Source: Nemertoderma westbladi (Eukaryota > Animalia > Xenacoelomorpha). Taken from it: a stretch of 64,000 bases of DNA. This document shows, one piece after another, positions 33,954 to 46,433 of the stretch (positions within the stretch are counted from its first letter, which is position 1; each line of letters begins with the position of its first letter). A model generated the notes under the pieces. It was given only the letters and a program-made list of their open reading frames with translations, had not been told where the DNA came from and did not search any database. The DNA lies in contig JAUCBJ010006780.1 in assembly GCA_032718475.1 (NCBI GenBank), forward strand, positions 52,590-116,589, given 5' to 3'. The position numbers were made by a program, and so were the translations under genes.

Positions 33954-36404
33954 CTAATTGGATTGTTTGCTATAGTTACTATTCGCGTAGCGCGATGGGG
34001 GCCTGACTGCCCTCCCAGACCTGGAGGTGTAGGGTGCTTCTGGCATCGAGACCGAGCCCTCTGGTGTTGGTTGGCTGTGGTCTGCGGCTGGCGGGGTGGT
34101 GGTTGGGTGCCCCGCAATGTGTGCCCAAGTTGGTCGCGGTAGGGCTGGTGAGGTCGGCGTCGTGCGTACTGGTAACGGTGGCTGTGGCATCGGAGTGGGT
34201 TGTTGCGGTGGTTGGCCGCTGGGGGGCGCTGCAAAATTCCGGACCCGGAGGAAGACGCGGTTGCGCTGGACGGTACGACCGCTTTCTTGGCACACGAGAT
34301 AATCGTGGTTGGGGAGGACCTCCACCACGGTGCCATAGCCTGTCCAACGCTTGGTCGCTGGGTTCTGAATGAGGGCTGGTTGGCCAATGGAGAGCGCGCG
34401 TAGGGGGCATGTATGGCAGTCGTAATTGGCGCACAGCTCGGATGAGTTTTCGGCGGCGATTTCGTCGAGCTCCCGAAAAGTGTGGCGCCATTTTGGGTCG
34501 AACGATGAGAAGTGGGCGGGGAGGGCCTTGCGGATATTCCTCCCGTACAGAAGTTCCGCTGGGGACCGGCCGCCGTAACGTGGTGTATTCCGGAATGCGA
34601 GGACGCCCTGTGTGATGCCGTCAGAGTCGTGGTTAGCGCCCCGGATAATTTTCTTCATGGCCTTCACGGCCACCTCCGCTCATCCGTTTGTACGAGGTAG
34701 GTGGGGGCTGGATGGCTCCAGACGTACTCCCCAGCGCTGGAGGAACTGGCGCACCGCGTCCGACACGAGTTGCGGGCCGCCATCTGGGTGTAGGATGGTT
34801 GGAACGGCGGTGGCGAGGAAGAGACGTCGGAGGTAGGGAATAATCGCCCCTGATGTGGTGTCCGCGCCGAGGCAAAATAGTGTGGGCCAACCCGTGTACT
34901 CGTCTGTGCAGACGAGGTAGTTCACAGCGGCAACTACGCAGAGGTCCACGTGGATGCGCTGGAACGGTTGGGTGGCATCTGGGTTGTGTTGCAGTGGCTC
35001 GGGGGCGTGGGATGGGAGGACTGTCTGACACGACTGGCAGCGTTCGACAGCCTGTTTCACATCATTCGCAATGGTGGGCCACCAGACTGCCCGGTTGGCC
35101 CGTTCCCGAGTTTTGTTAAGGCCCTGGTGCGATGGTGCGAGGCATGGAGTTGGCTGAGTGTATTGGCCCACATCTCAGTTGGTATGTATAGTTGAGGACC
35201 ATGTAGTATGAGCCCATCTTGGGCCATCAGGTCACACCTGAACTGGTAATAGGGGCGGACCCAGTCGTTAGTGACGTCGTGTTTTGACGTGGGCCAGCCC
35301 TCGGTGATGGTGGCGAGGAGGGCGTGGTATGTCGGGTCGCGTTGTCCCGCCTCACGGATTTCTTGGAGATGGGCGTCCCGGGAGTCGAGGGTTGGGATCG
35401 CGCTGATGGCCGCGTTTATTATGTATTCGCGGTCCGTCTCGTCTTCCTGGGTCAGGATTAAGTCGGTGGCGACCGGGGGGTGGATTGCGGCCCGGGAGAA
35501 GGCATCAGCAACCACGTGTTTAGCCCCCTTCTGGTGTCGGGCGGTGAAGGAGAACCGTGATAAAGCCGTTTTGAGTTTTAATAACCGGTCATTCGTGATT
35601 TGATCCAATCGTCGCTCGTTTAGAATCGGTATCAGGGGGCTGCAGTCGGTGACGAGATCGAAATGACGGAGGCCGTCGAGAAAGTAGCGGCACTTGTGGG
35701 CCGCCCAGGCCGCCCCGAGGGCCTCCAGCTCGGCCATCCCGGACCAGTTGGCCTCGTGTTTGGCGAGGGTCTGGGAGCTGCACTGGACCGTTAGCCAGCG
35801 GTTCGTGGCCGAATCCCACTGCCGGAGGAGGAAACCGAGTCCGTTGAGGCGGGAGGCATCGGTGAGCAGCTCGGTTCTGCGGACCGGCTGGAAACAAGAC
35901 AAGTAGTGGGGGGCAGACAGCGTGGACCGGGTGGCCTCGAACGCCGCCTGGTGTTCAGGGAGCCACAACCAAGCTGTGCGGCTTGAGTTCAACCCACGTA
36001 GTGGTTCCACGAGGCGGGTGATCTCGGCCGTGGAGTTGCCCAACTGTTGGGCTAGGCCGAGGAACGACCGGAGTTGGTGTCGGTTCGAGGGGACCGGGAA
36101 TTGGCGGAGGTCTTCGGTGAGGTCTGGGTCGATGCGGTATAGCCCTTTGGAGACGATATATCCACCGAATTTAACCTCTGGAAGGCAGAACTGCACCTTC
36201 TTCGGGTTTAAGGATATATCGGCCTCATCGCAGGCAGTCAGGACTTTGGCTACCGCCTCGTTGTGTTCCTCCGTCGTTTCCGTGTAAATTATAATGTCCT
36301 CCACGATGCGGCCGATGTTGGGGATCCCCCGGATCCCCCAGTTCTCTGTTGAAGGCCTCCTCCAGGTTCGCTGGGATGGCCCGATTGGCATATGAGTTTT
36401 TAGG
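33954..36404 (-). pseudogene. pol: Gypsy pol (partial RT, RNase H, integrase), frameshifted, with an RT deletion
   Basis: IVEDIII at the YxDD position; LRSFLG; LLTDAS; ELEALG; LHASH..C..C; RIHVDL; DGGPQL; FRNTP. Split across ORFs 35057-36442, 34680-35171 and 33954-34673. The N-terminal half of RT is missing at ~36330. Confidence 0.88.
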
Positions 36405-38021
36405 TTACGCGCCCGGAGTGAGTTTGATAGTAATGTCCCCACCCTTCATCACCCTGCAGACACCCGATAGGGGGCGCGGGAAGCGGGTTTCCAGGGCCCG
36501 CCAAGCTATATCACGGTCTACAGTAGGTGTGGTAATTGTAGCTTTGGATGGGGTAGTAAGCTCTGTCGGTGGCGGTGTGGTGGGGCCTGTGGAGGACGCC
36601 ACGGCAGGGGGAGCCGGCGACCCGCCTCTAAGGATTGGGCTGCTGAGAATCCTTAGGGTAAAGCAGGAGTTGCGGGACAGGAGTGGCTGCTGGAGTCCCT
36701 CCAGCACCCAGATGTCGGTTGTACAGGCGGTGTGGAGGTCGTGGCACTGGATCGTAGTGGTGAACAGTCCCTTGAATTCCCACCCAGTCCGGCTGCTGTT
36801 GGCGAGTTTCGGTGCTTGTGGATTGGGGAAGGGTTTGCGGAGGTTTCCGATCTGGCCACCAAACGCGGTGAATATCCGGAACGGAATAGCCGAGATGTTG
36901 GCCCCAGAGTCCGGAAGAAACTGGAGTTCCGGAATTCCAAATGCCGGGTTCTTGTAGACTTGGAAGCCCAGGGTGACGGTCTCTAGTGACTCGAGTTGTT
37001 CGGTTGATGAAACAACCGGGGCGTTCTCGAGTTCGGTTCCAGCTAGGACCGACCAGACTTCGGCGTTGTTGGTTGCGGTGTGGTCCTCCATGTAGCATGG
37101 TGCCGGGCGTGCGGCCGCTGCGTGGGCCTGTGGTGGGCGGGGTCCAGGACACATCCTGTCGTAGTGTCCGACCAGTTTACAGTGGCGGCACCGCGCATCC
37201 GTGCCGGGGCAACGTTGGCCCGGTCCGTGTGGGGGATAGCTGCATTTGGTGCAGGTCGGGCCCGCTGGGGTAGCGTTGGAGCGAGGGCTCCGGTTCCCTT
37301 TCCGTCGTTTATCCGACCTTGCCTCCGCCTTAGCTGCCGTAGGTGCCGGTGTGGAGGAGAAGGATAGTGAGGCTGCATCCTTCCGCGCGGTCCACACGGT
37401 TTGGGCGAGGTTCAGGGCGTCGGTGATCGAACTTCCTGCGGGGAGCCGGAGTAGGTGCTCAGTAACCTCTGTATCGCCGAAGCCGGCGATAAATTGGTCG
37501 AGCAGTCTGTCGTTGCGATGGGCATCCGGAGTCGGGAGTGCTTCGAATCCGCATTTCGAAGCGATATCCTGGAGGTTAACCAGGAATGTCTATGGGGTTT
37601 CCTCAAGTAGGCGGGATCGGCGCGCCAGTTCCTGCCGGTGGACGCGTTTATTGGTCCCGCCGTCGATATGGACGCCGAGATGTTGGATGATAACATTGGT
37701 GTCTGCGTTGTCGATGGCGGACAGTCCCAAACCCTTGACGACTGCGTTCGTTGCACGGGAGAAGGCGGTGGTCAGAGTTGCCCGCCGTATGCGGTTTGTT
37801 GCCGCTAGAAGAGCTGCCGATATGGTTGGGTCAGGTGGATCGGCTGAGTCAGTGACGCGCAAGTTTCCAAGTCCAGAGGTGACGAGGAAAGCGTCCCACT
37901 CGTCTCGCCACAGCTCCCAGGTGGAGCGTTCCGATTTCAGGTCGAATGGGGGTGGCGAGTTTCGTAGAATGAAGGAGAATGGGTTGCGGTTGTCGTTTGC
38001 TCTTGCCATATCCAATATCAA
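36405..38021 (-). pseudogene. gag: Gypsy gag-protease, disrupted
   Basis: PPPFDL..WELWRDEW gag start; knuckles CTKCSYPPHGPGQRC and CRHCKLVGHYDRMC; protease FLPDSGANISAI; stop at ~37590 and a frameshift. Confidence 0.85.
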
Positions 38022-38194
38022 ATATCCGTATCAGGTATCAGCAAATAGTTTACAGGTTCAGGTTTATTACGATATTAATTGCCGATATTATTTTTTAAGG
38101 TAATAAAGTGCGGTAGCAATTGAAGAGTTGTAAGTTAGGCCGAGTACAAAGTGCAGTACTGCTGTACTGCATGGGCCAGTAGGTAAGTACTGAA

Positions 38195-38203
38195 ACTGCG
38201 CCA
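38195..38203 (-). promoter_or_regulatory. Primer-binding site TGGCGCAGT (tRNA-Ser-like) of the Gypsy element
   Basis: TGG starts 2 nt after the 5' LTR on the minus strand; complementary to a ...ACTGCGCCA tRNA 3' end. Confidence 0.7.
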
Positions 38204-38518
38204 TATGTAGTAATGGAACGGTTCAGCCAGTCCAATCTAACCAGACTGCCGTCAAACCGGTAGCCGGCCTATATATTCGGATGAGTCTAATATACGCTAC
38301 GCGTATATCACACAATCTCTGTTTCAAATTTCATGCAATGTCATAAAAATTGTGGTGGGATGGGGGGTGGGGGGGGGGGGGGGGGGGGCAGGGGTGGGGT
38401 CCCAGTACAGTGTACTGTACATACAAGTCTATTATGTTTATTACCTGCTTACATTCAATCTTAATTACAAATAATCCACTACTGGTTCGTAAATCAGTCA
38501 TGAATATCACCAACAATT

Positions 38519-41500
38519 GATATCACCGGTAGTGTCAGCCTGTTTGCGTCCTTGTACTACTCTGATATCACCGGTAGTGTCAGCCTGTTTGCGACCTTGT
38601 ACTACTCTGATATCACCGGTAGTGCCAGCCTGTTTGCGTCCTTGTACTACTCTGATATCACCGGTAGTATCAGCCTGTTTGCGACATTGTACTACCTGAT
38701 ATCACCGGTAGTGTCAGCCTGTTTGCGACCTTGTACTACTCTGATATCACCGGTAGTATCAGCCTGTTTGCGACATTGTACTACTCTGATATCACCGGTA
38801 GTGTCAGCCTGTTTGCGACCTTGTACTTCTCTGATATCACCGGTAGTGTCAGCCTGTTTGCGACCTTGTACTTCTCTGATATTACCGCTAGTGTCAGCCT
38901 GTTTGCGACCTTGTACTTCTCTGATATCACCGGTAGTGTCAGCCTGTTTGCGACCTTGTACTACTCTGATATCACCGGTAGTGTCAGCCTGTTTGCGACC
39001 TTGTACTTCTCTGATATCACTGGTAGTGTAAGCGCCTGTTTGCGACCTTGGACTACTCTGATATCACCGGTAGTGTCAGCCTGTTTGCGACCTTGTACTA
39101 CTCTGATATCACCGGTAGTGTCAGCCTGTTTGCGACCTTGTACTTCTCTGATATCACCGGTAGTGTCAGCCTGTTGGCGACCTTGTACTACTCTGATATC
39201 ACCGGTAGTGTCAGCCTGTTTGCGACCTTGTACTACTCTGATATCACCGGTAGTGTCAGCCTGTTTGCGATCTTGTACTTCTCTGATATCACCGGTAGTG
39301 TCATCCTGTTGGCGACCTTGTACTACTCTGATATCACCGGTAGTGTCAGCCTGTTTGCGACCTTGGACTACTCTGATATCACTGGTAGTATAAGCGCCTG
39401 TTTGCGACCTTGTACTACTCTGATATCACTGGTAGTGTAAGCGCCTGTTTGCGACCTTGGACTACTCTGATATCACCGGTAGTGTCAGCCTGTTTGCGAC
39501 CTTGTACTACTCTGATATCACTGGTAGTGTCAGCCTGTTTGCGACCTTGTACTACTCTGATATCACTGGTAGTGTAAGCGCCTGTTTGCGACCTTGGACT
39601 ACTCTGATATCACCGGTAGTGTCAGCCTGTTTGCGACCTTGTACTACTCTGATATCACTGGTAGTGTAAGCGCCTGTTTGCGACCTTGGACTACTCTGAT
39701 ATCACTGGTAGTGTAAGCGCCTGTTTGCGACCTTGTACTACTCTGATATCACTGGTAGTGTAAGCGCCTGTTTGCGACCTTGGACTACTCTGATATCACC
39801 GGTAGTGTCAGCCTGTTTGCGACATTGTACTACTCTGATATCACCGGTAGTGTCAGCCTGTTTGCGACCTTGTACTTCTCTGATATCACCGGTAGTGTCA
39901 GCCTGTTTGCGACCTTGTACTTCTCTGATATCACCGCTAGTGTCAGCCTGTTTGCGACCTTGTACTTCTCTGATATCACCGGTAGTGTCAGCCTGTTTGC
40001 GACATTGTACTACTCTGATATCACCGGTAGTGTCAGCCTGTTTGCGACCTTGTACTTCTCTGATATCACCGGTAGTGTCAGCCTGTTTGCGACCTTGTAC
40101 TACTCTGATATCACTGGTAGTGTAAGCGCCTGTTTGCGACCTTGGACTACTCTGGTATCACCGGTAGTGTCAGCCTGTTTGCGACCTTGTACTACTCTGA
40201 TATCACCGGTAGTGTCAGCCTGTTTGCGACCTTGTACTTCTCTGATATCACCGGTAGTGTCAGCCTGTTTGCGACCTTGTACTACTCTGATATCACTGGT
40301 AGTGTAAGCGCCTGTTTGCGACCTTGGACTACTCTGATATCACTGGTAGTGTAAGTGCCTGTTTGCGACCTTGTACTACTCTGATATCACTGGTAGTGTA
40401 AGCGCCTGTTTGCGACCTTGGACTACTCTGATATCACCGGTAGTGTCAGCCTGTTTGCGACATTGTACTACTCTGATATCACCGGTAGTGTCAGCCTGTT
40501 TGCGACCTTGTACTTCTCTGATATCACCGGTAGTGTCAGCCTGTTTGCGACCTTGTACTTCTCTGATATCACCGGTAGTGTCAGCCTGTTTGCGACCTTG
40601 TACTTCTCTGATATCACCGCTAGTGTCAGCCTGTTTGCGACCTTGTACTTCTCTGATATCACCGGTAGTGTCAGCCTGTTTGCGACATTGTACTACTCTG
40701 ATATCACCGGTAGTGTCAGCCTGTTCGCGACCTTGTACTACTCTGATATCACCGGTAGTGTCAGCCTGTTTGCGACCTTGTACTACTCTGATATCACCGG
40801 TAGTATCAGCCTGTTTGCGACCTTGTACTACTCTGATATCACCGGTAGTGTCAGCCTGTTTGCGACATTGTACTACTCTGATATCACCGGTAGTGTCAGC
40901 CTGTTTGCGACCTTGTACTACTCTGATACCACCGGTAGTGTCAGCCTGTTTGCGACCTTGTACTACTCTGATATCACCGGTAGTGTCAGCCTGTTTGCGA
41001 CCTTGTACTACTCTGATATCACCGGTAGTGTCAGCCTGTTTGCGACCTTGGACTACTCTGATATCACCGGTAGTGTCAGCCTGTTTGCGACCTTGTACTA
41101 CTCTGATATCACCAGTAGTGTCAGCCTGTTTGCGACCTTGTACTACTCTGATATCACCGGTAGTGTCAGCCTGTTTGCGACCTTGGACTACTCTGATATC
41201 ACCGGTAGTGTCAGCCTGTTTGCGACCTTGTACTACTCTGATATCACCGGTAGTGTCAGCCTGTTTGCGACCTTGTACTACTCTGATATCACCGGTAGTA
41301 TCAGCCTGTTTGCGACCTTGTACTACTCTGATATCACCGGTAGTGTCAGCCTGTTTGCGACCTTGTACTACTCTGATATCACCGGTAGTGTCAGCCTGTT
41401 TGCGACCTTGTACTACTCTGATATCACCGGTAGTATCAGCCTGATTGCGACATTGTACTACTCTGATATCACCGGTAGTATCAGCCTGTTTGCGACCGTG

Positions 41501-42418
41501 TACTACTCTGATATCACCGGTAGTGTCAGCCTGTTTGCGACATTGTACTACTCTGATATCACCGGTAGTGTCAGCCTGTTTGCGACATTGTACTACTCTG
41601 ATATCACCGGTAGTGTCAGCCTGTTTGCGACCTTGTACTACTCTGATATCACCGGTAGTATCAGCCTGATTGCGACATTGTACTACTCTGATATCACCGG
41701 TAGTATCAGCCTGTTTGCGACCGTGTACTACTCTGATATCACCGGTAGTGTCAGCCTGTTTGCAACATTGTACTACTCTGATATCACCGGTAGTGTCAGC
41801 CTGTTTGCGACCTTATACTACTCTGATATCACCGGTAGTGTCAGCCTGTTTGCGACATTGTACTACTCTGATATCACTGGTAGTGTCAGCCTGTTTGCGA
41901 CCTTATACTACTCTGATATCACCGGTAGTGTCAGCCTGTTTGCGACCTTGTACTACTCTGATATCACCGGTAGTATCAGCCTGTTTGCGACCGTGTACTA
42001 CTCTGATATCACCGGTAGTGTCAGCCTGTTTGCGACCTTGTACTACTCTGATATCACCGGTAGTGTCAGCCTGTTTGCGACCTTGTACTACTCTGATATC
42101 ACCGGTAGTGTCAGCCTGTTTGCGACCTTGGACTACTCTGATATCACCGGTAGTGTCAGCCTGTTTGCGACCTTGTACTACTCTGATATCACCGGTAGTA
42201 TCAGCCTGTTTGCGACCTTGTACTACTCTGATATCACCGGTAGTGTCAGCCTGTTTGCGACCTTGTACTACTCTGATATCACCGGTAGTGTCAGCCTGTT
42301 TGCGACCTTGTACTACTCTGATATCACCGGTAGTGTCAGTCTGTTTGCGACATTGTACTACTCTGATATCACCGGTAGTGTTAGCCTGTTTGCGACCTTG
42401 TACTACTCTGATATCACC
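38519..42418. repeat. 45-bp tandem repeat array (~86 units)
   Basis: Unit CTCTGATATCACCGGTAGTGTCAGCCTGTTTGCGACCTTGTACTA, with 47-bp variants (GTGTAAGCGCC) confined to ~39020-40410; no unique spacers. Confidence 0.97.
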
Positions 42419-42512
42419 TTCTGACTTGAACGACTGATGATTCGAATATTCGACCATTGCAACTGAGATAAATCGATGATTATTTGAACAGAAGATAAAT
42501 TATAAACGCACA

Positions 42513-43055
42513 ATGTACTTTGGTATACAACTGTTGGTTATTTTCAGCTCAATCTACAAGGTATCGGCTCCGCTAACACAAGTTTACCACAGACTGGGAT
42601 GCTGCGCCTGTCCCACTAAGTGCTTATTCGATCGTCCTCTTCTTCTTTCACAACGACTGATCAATAATAATAATTGTACTAATTACAGCGACGTAATAGC
42701 ATTCATAACTCTATCTAATGATCCAATAGAATTCTCTGGGGTTGAATGGTGTTGGTATTGCTACGCCTGTTGCGATTATAGTCCAACACAGGCTTCTTAT
42801 TTACATAATATTACAGATGGAATTGTTCCTAATTTTGGATACGTTTGTTACTATTATACATTAAAGTTTCAAACACATTGCCTGGCAAAGGACACTCCAA
42901 CCATATCAACCGGAGTATGTGACGCAATGCTTCTAGATTGTGTTTATGGCCAGTGTTGTGATTATGCTTGCGATGAAAATGCGTTAGTATTTTTATTATT
43001 ATTATTATTAGCTTTCATACCTAAACTAAATATTGTAATATCCTCTATTAATTAA
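42513..43055 (+). CDS. Putative secreted or GPI/membrane-anchored cysteine-rich protein, 180 aa, intronless
   Basis: ACAATG start context; N-terminal hydrophobic signal-like peptide ending VSA; 16 Cys; NxS/T sequons (NCT, NYS, NIT); C-terminal hydrophobic ALVFLLLLLLAFI. A 540-nt open frame is unlikely by chance in such AT-rich DNA. Confidence 0.65.
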   Translation: MYFGIQLLVIFSSIYKVSAPLTQVYHRLGCCACPTKCLFDRPLLLSQRLINNNNCTNYSDVIAFITLSNDPIEFSGVEWCWYCYACCDYSPTQASYLHNITDGIVPNFGYVCYYYTLKFQTHCLAKDTPTISTGVCDAMLLDCVYGQCCDYACDENALVFLLLLLLAFIPKLNIVISSIN

Positions 43056-43339
43056 TTGTACATATAAATTAATTCATGTATTGAAATATATTTTGAGAAA
43101 CCCCATACGGAAGGTAAGGATAATGCTATAAACTGCGTGTGAAACAGCATCCATAGAATATTGCATTTCAGTTAGTCAAATTGCAAATACACGCGGTGAA
43201 CGTACAGCTAGATTTTCCATTACTTTCATTTCAATGTCCATTTGTCTACTTTTTTTTGTTTACTTTTTTTTTTAATAGTGAATCGAATGAATAAATGAAT
43301 AAATAGTAGTACTAGTTTGGGCGGCTTTGAAACAGTTAG

Positions 43340-44088
43340 ACCTCACTGACACCCATTGGGTGTCATATGACAACCTATGGGTGTCATTGGGTGTCATAGC
43401 GCAGAGTGTCTGGGTGACACCTATTAATTAGGCTAATTAGACCCTAATTGATAGGTGTCATCAATTAATTATTACAATTAAACCATAATAGGTGTCTTAT
43501 GACCCTTCATTATGGTTTAACCTTATTAAACCGGGGGGGGGGGGTCAATATGACCTCCTTTGGTATATTCTTATAACTCTGAAACAAACGTAGTTGGGAA
43601 TCTGAAATTTTATGACATTTCCTAAATATCTATTGTCTTCCTAATAGTGAAAACCGTTTTCAAAAATATTGGGAAGTTTTCGAGATATAGCACCATTTTT
43701 AACCCTACTTTTGGCACTTTTTTGAGACTTTTTTTTGAAAATTACATTTCATGAGATATGATTAGTAACATCTATATTTTTGATTTACTCCGGTTTTCTG
43801 GTGTTTGCAATTAGATGGAATTCATATAAATTAATTTAGAAAATTCAAACTTGTTTTTTTCGGCGGGTGCCAAATTTTGGTGCCAGCACCAAATTTTGAA
43901 ATATATCAATTTTGTAAATTGATTGTTTGAACCTGTTTTTTGCTCAATACGGGTTATTTGTGGTTCTGGTTTCGTTGGAATATATACGAGTTGTACCAGG
44001 CATATCAAACTTGTATTTTTCGGTGCTGTGTGCAAAATATGGCGCCAGCACGAAATTTTGAAATTTATTCAATAGTTCACTTGCTTGT
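43340..44088. repeat. MITE-like or DNA-transposon-like fragments that form the target of Bel/Pao copy 2
   Basis: Repeated and inverted GACACC/GGTGTC motifs (43340-43510); TTAACCTTATTAAACCGGGG terminus-like sequence at ~43518; repeated GGYGCCAGCAC-AAATTTTG motifs. The second terminus is not in view. Confidence 0.35.
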
Positions 44089-46271
44089 TGTTACGGTATA
44101 TGGCGCTGTATCCACATATATTAGTCCGTTATACTGTACGCAATATTAGTCCGTTATACTGTATGTAATATTAGTCCGTTGTGCAGCATAATATTTTAGA
44201 TAAGATATAATAGCGAGGTGATATTTAGATAGGGAAACCAAAACGCCCATATATTTGAATCCATCCATTTTGTATAATATGTAGCCCTACCTACGTAATT
44301 TTGTATTAGGATATATGTAGATAGTTCCAGGGTAGCAAGTTTAGTCGGACCCTGGATTTCGTGCTTGCTGATATTAGCTTCAATAGGGCTAGCATATAGG
44401 GACGCTGTCCTGGCCATTCAGCAGCCAGGGACATGATCCATTACCATATATGGTAATAATTTGAGGTTTGGGCAGCAATAGGGCTACAATCCGGCCTCCT
44501 TATTGGACTAACTGCTTCCAGCTTGGTCTAATGCTAGCGCGGACTGGAGAGCCAATAGGAGAGCGATTGAGTCACCCTATTGCATCACCCCATCCGGATC
44601 ACCTATAAATTGGCGGTTTGCCGGTAGAGCTGTATCTATACCTTACAATCCACACCCTTGTACTTGCTGAGCTGTCCCTATTCACCTTTTGACGGATATT
44701 TTAGCGTATTTCTGCAATTTGCTATTTTCGATTAATTTCTCAAAATGATTTGCTAGTGCGATTATTCTTGATTGTGTTTCTCAATTAATCCCATCGATTA
44801 CTGCTAATTACAACTGGAACTATGATTTCTACCTTTTGTTAATGGTTCTATGTGATTCCTTTCTACGCAATAATCCTAAGGGATTTCTGAGACTGTCAGA
44901 CTTTGTGATTTGCATGCGCCGCTACGGTAGCTATTAGCATAATGGAGGGCTAAGGTGCCAGTGGGCGGTGGGCACATCGGGGGGTTGAGCGACTAAGGGA
45001 GAGCGGAGGATTCAAAAGCGAGCAACGCTGGCGGGGGGTCACCGTTGCGGTCGGGTAGTTCACGCTGTGGTATGCAGACCATTCGCCGGTACAGTAATTA
45101 GGGGGCTGATGATCCAGGTTTCGTCTCTATTTAGTATTAGGGGGGCGGAATCAGGTTAGTTAGGAGTCCTATATGTACCCGGGAGAGGCCTGCACGTATC
45201 ACAACGTGGAGTGTGAAGTACGAATAGTGAGTCGCATAACTGTGGGCTATACAGTAGTTAACTGCATAATTGCGAACTGTGATTGCTGACGCTGATTGGT
45301 GTGTTATTGAAGTGTGCCTACGATTGTGAATGTTTAGGTAGGCGCCCCTTTTTCTTTGATTGATTTCTATTTCTTAGTTACAACAATTAGTTACTGATTA
45401 GGTCAAAGTAATACGGTAATTTAGGCAATTACTAGCGAAACCTGTTGCGTAATAAATTAGAATTACGCATTCTGGAACTCTTAGTAATTAGTACGCTGTT
45501 ACATATTTGTGACTGTAATTGATTAGTAAAAATTAAGAATTAGTACGCAGCATAGCGGAGAGTAGCTAAGGTAATAATTAGAGTACTGTAAACTATTCAC
45601 GCTGAGCGGTTATTTGCATTGGCAAGCAATCAGCTAGATCGCACTATTCGGTACACACAACACGCTAGTAATTTGCTGGCCTAAAGCCAGCTGCAGGCAA
45701 GTTTAGACCCAGAGCGGTACTACCCACGTAGAGACAAATACTGTACCATTTTGATAATTTTAAATATTCTCGCATTCACACATACGATAGGGAACCCCCA
45801 GTATTCGCGATTAGAAAAGACATAGGCAATAGCGTGCTTTAATAGTGATAGAATTAGGCGTAAGAATACTCTGAGTGCAAAGCCTCTCGCACTCGTCTTA
45901 AGTAAGCTTAGGGAGCCGACTCGGGTTTATTATTTTGGTTATTCCCGCATGGCTCATAGATTCGAACAGTTAGCTCTCTATCGAGCGATCGGTAGAGAAA
46001 GGAACAAGCGATTTTGCAGGAGCTGTGTAAATTTAGTAAATTATATTAGCGGACGGCAGATTAGCGCCATCTGACGGTAAGTAGCGGTTTTGTATTTAGC
46101 AACCTTTACAATTTAGTAATATCACGCTCCTGATCCCCTTTACTTAACAGTAGAGCAGTCTTTGTGTCTTATTGGTTAGGCGAGAGCTCATTAGGTTGGC
46201 AGAAGGATATTAACGGGTATTTGTCTGTTCAACAGTTCTGCTGTTAGTATAGAGGTCGCGGTTGTTTATCA
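44089..46271 (+). repeat. 5' LTR of Bel/Pao copy 2
   Basis: TGTTACGG...GTTTATCA, 2183 bp; nearly identical to 61064-62948 and clearly diverged from the copy 1 LTRs. Confidence 0.93.
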
Positions 46272-46433
46272 GTGATACGTGTTTTGTTTGCTGTAGGCTG
46301 TAGCGTACAGTAAATAGAGTACCGGTATTCTTAGGCTGTTAGTTTAGATTACTGATACTTCGTATCAGTGATACGTGTTATTGGCTGTTGCTTGCAGCGG
46401 TCAATAGTGTATTCTTAGGCTGTTAGTAGTATC

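Larger units (their letters stand above)
33749..38314 (-). mobile_element. Ty3/Gypsy LTR retrotransposon (Mag-like), defective
   Basis: Identical 109-bp LTRs at 33749-33857 and 38206-38314; ATCTCT on both flanks (33742-33747 plus one extra A, and 38315-38320); gag-PR-RT-RH-IN order on the minus strand. Confidence 0.92.

Noticed and set aside
33936-38103. Numerous overlapping plus-strand ORFs in the Gypsy element
   Set aside because: Shadow ORFs of GC-rich coding sequence on the opposite strand.
38519-42418. CRISPR array, or a 668-aa repeat protein (YSDITGSVSLFATLY)n
   Set aside because: Units are contiguous with no unique spacers and there are no cas genes. The long ORFs follow from a 45-bp stop-free unit, and 43- and 47-bp variants break the frame.
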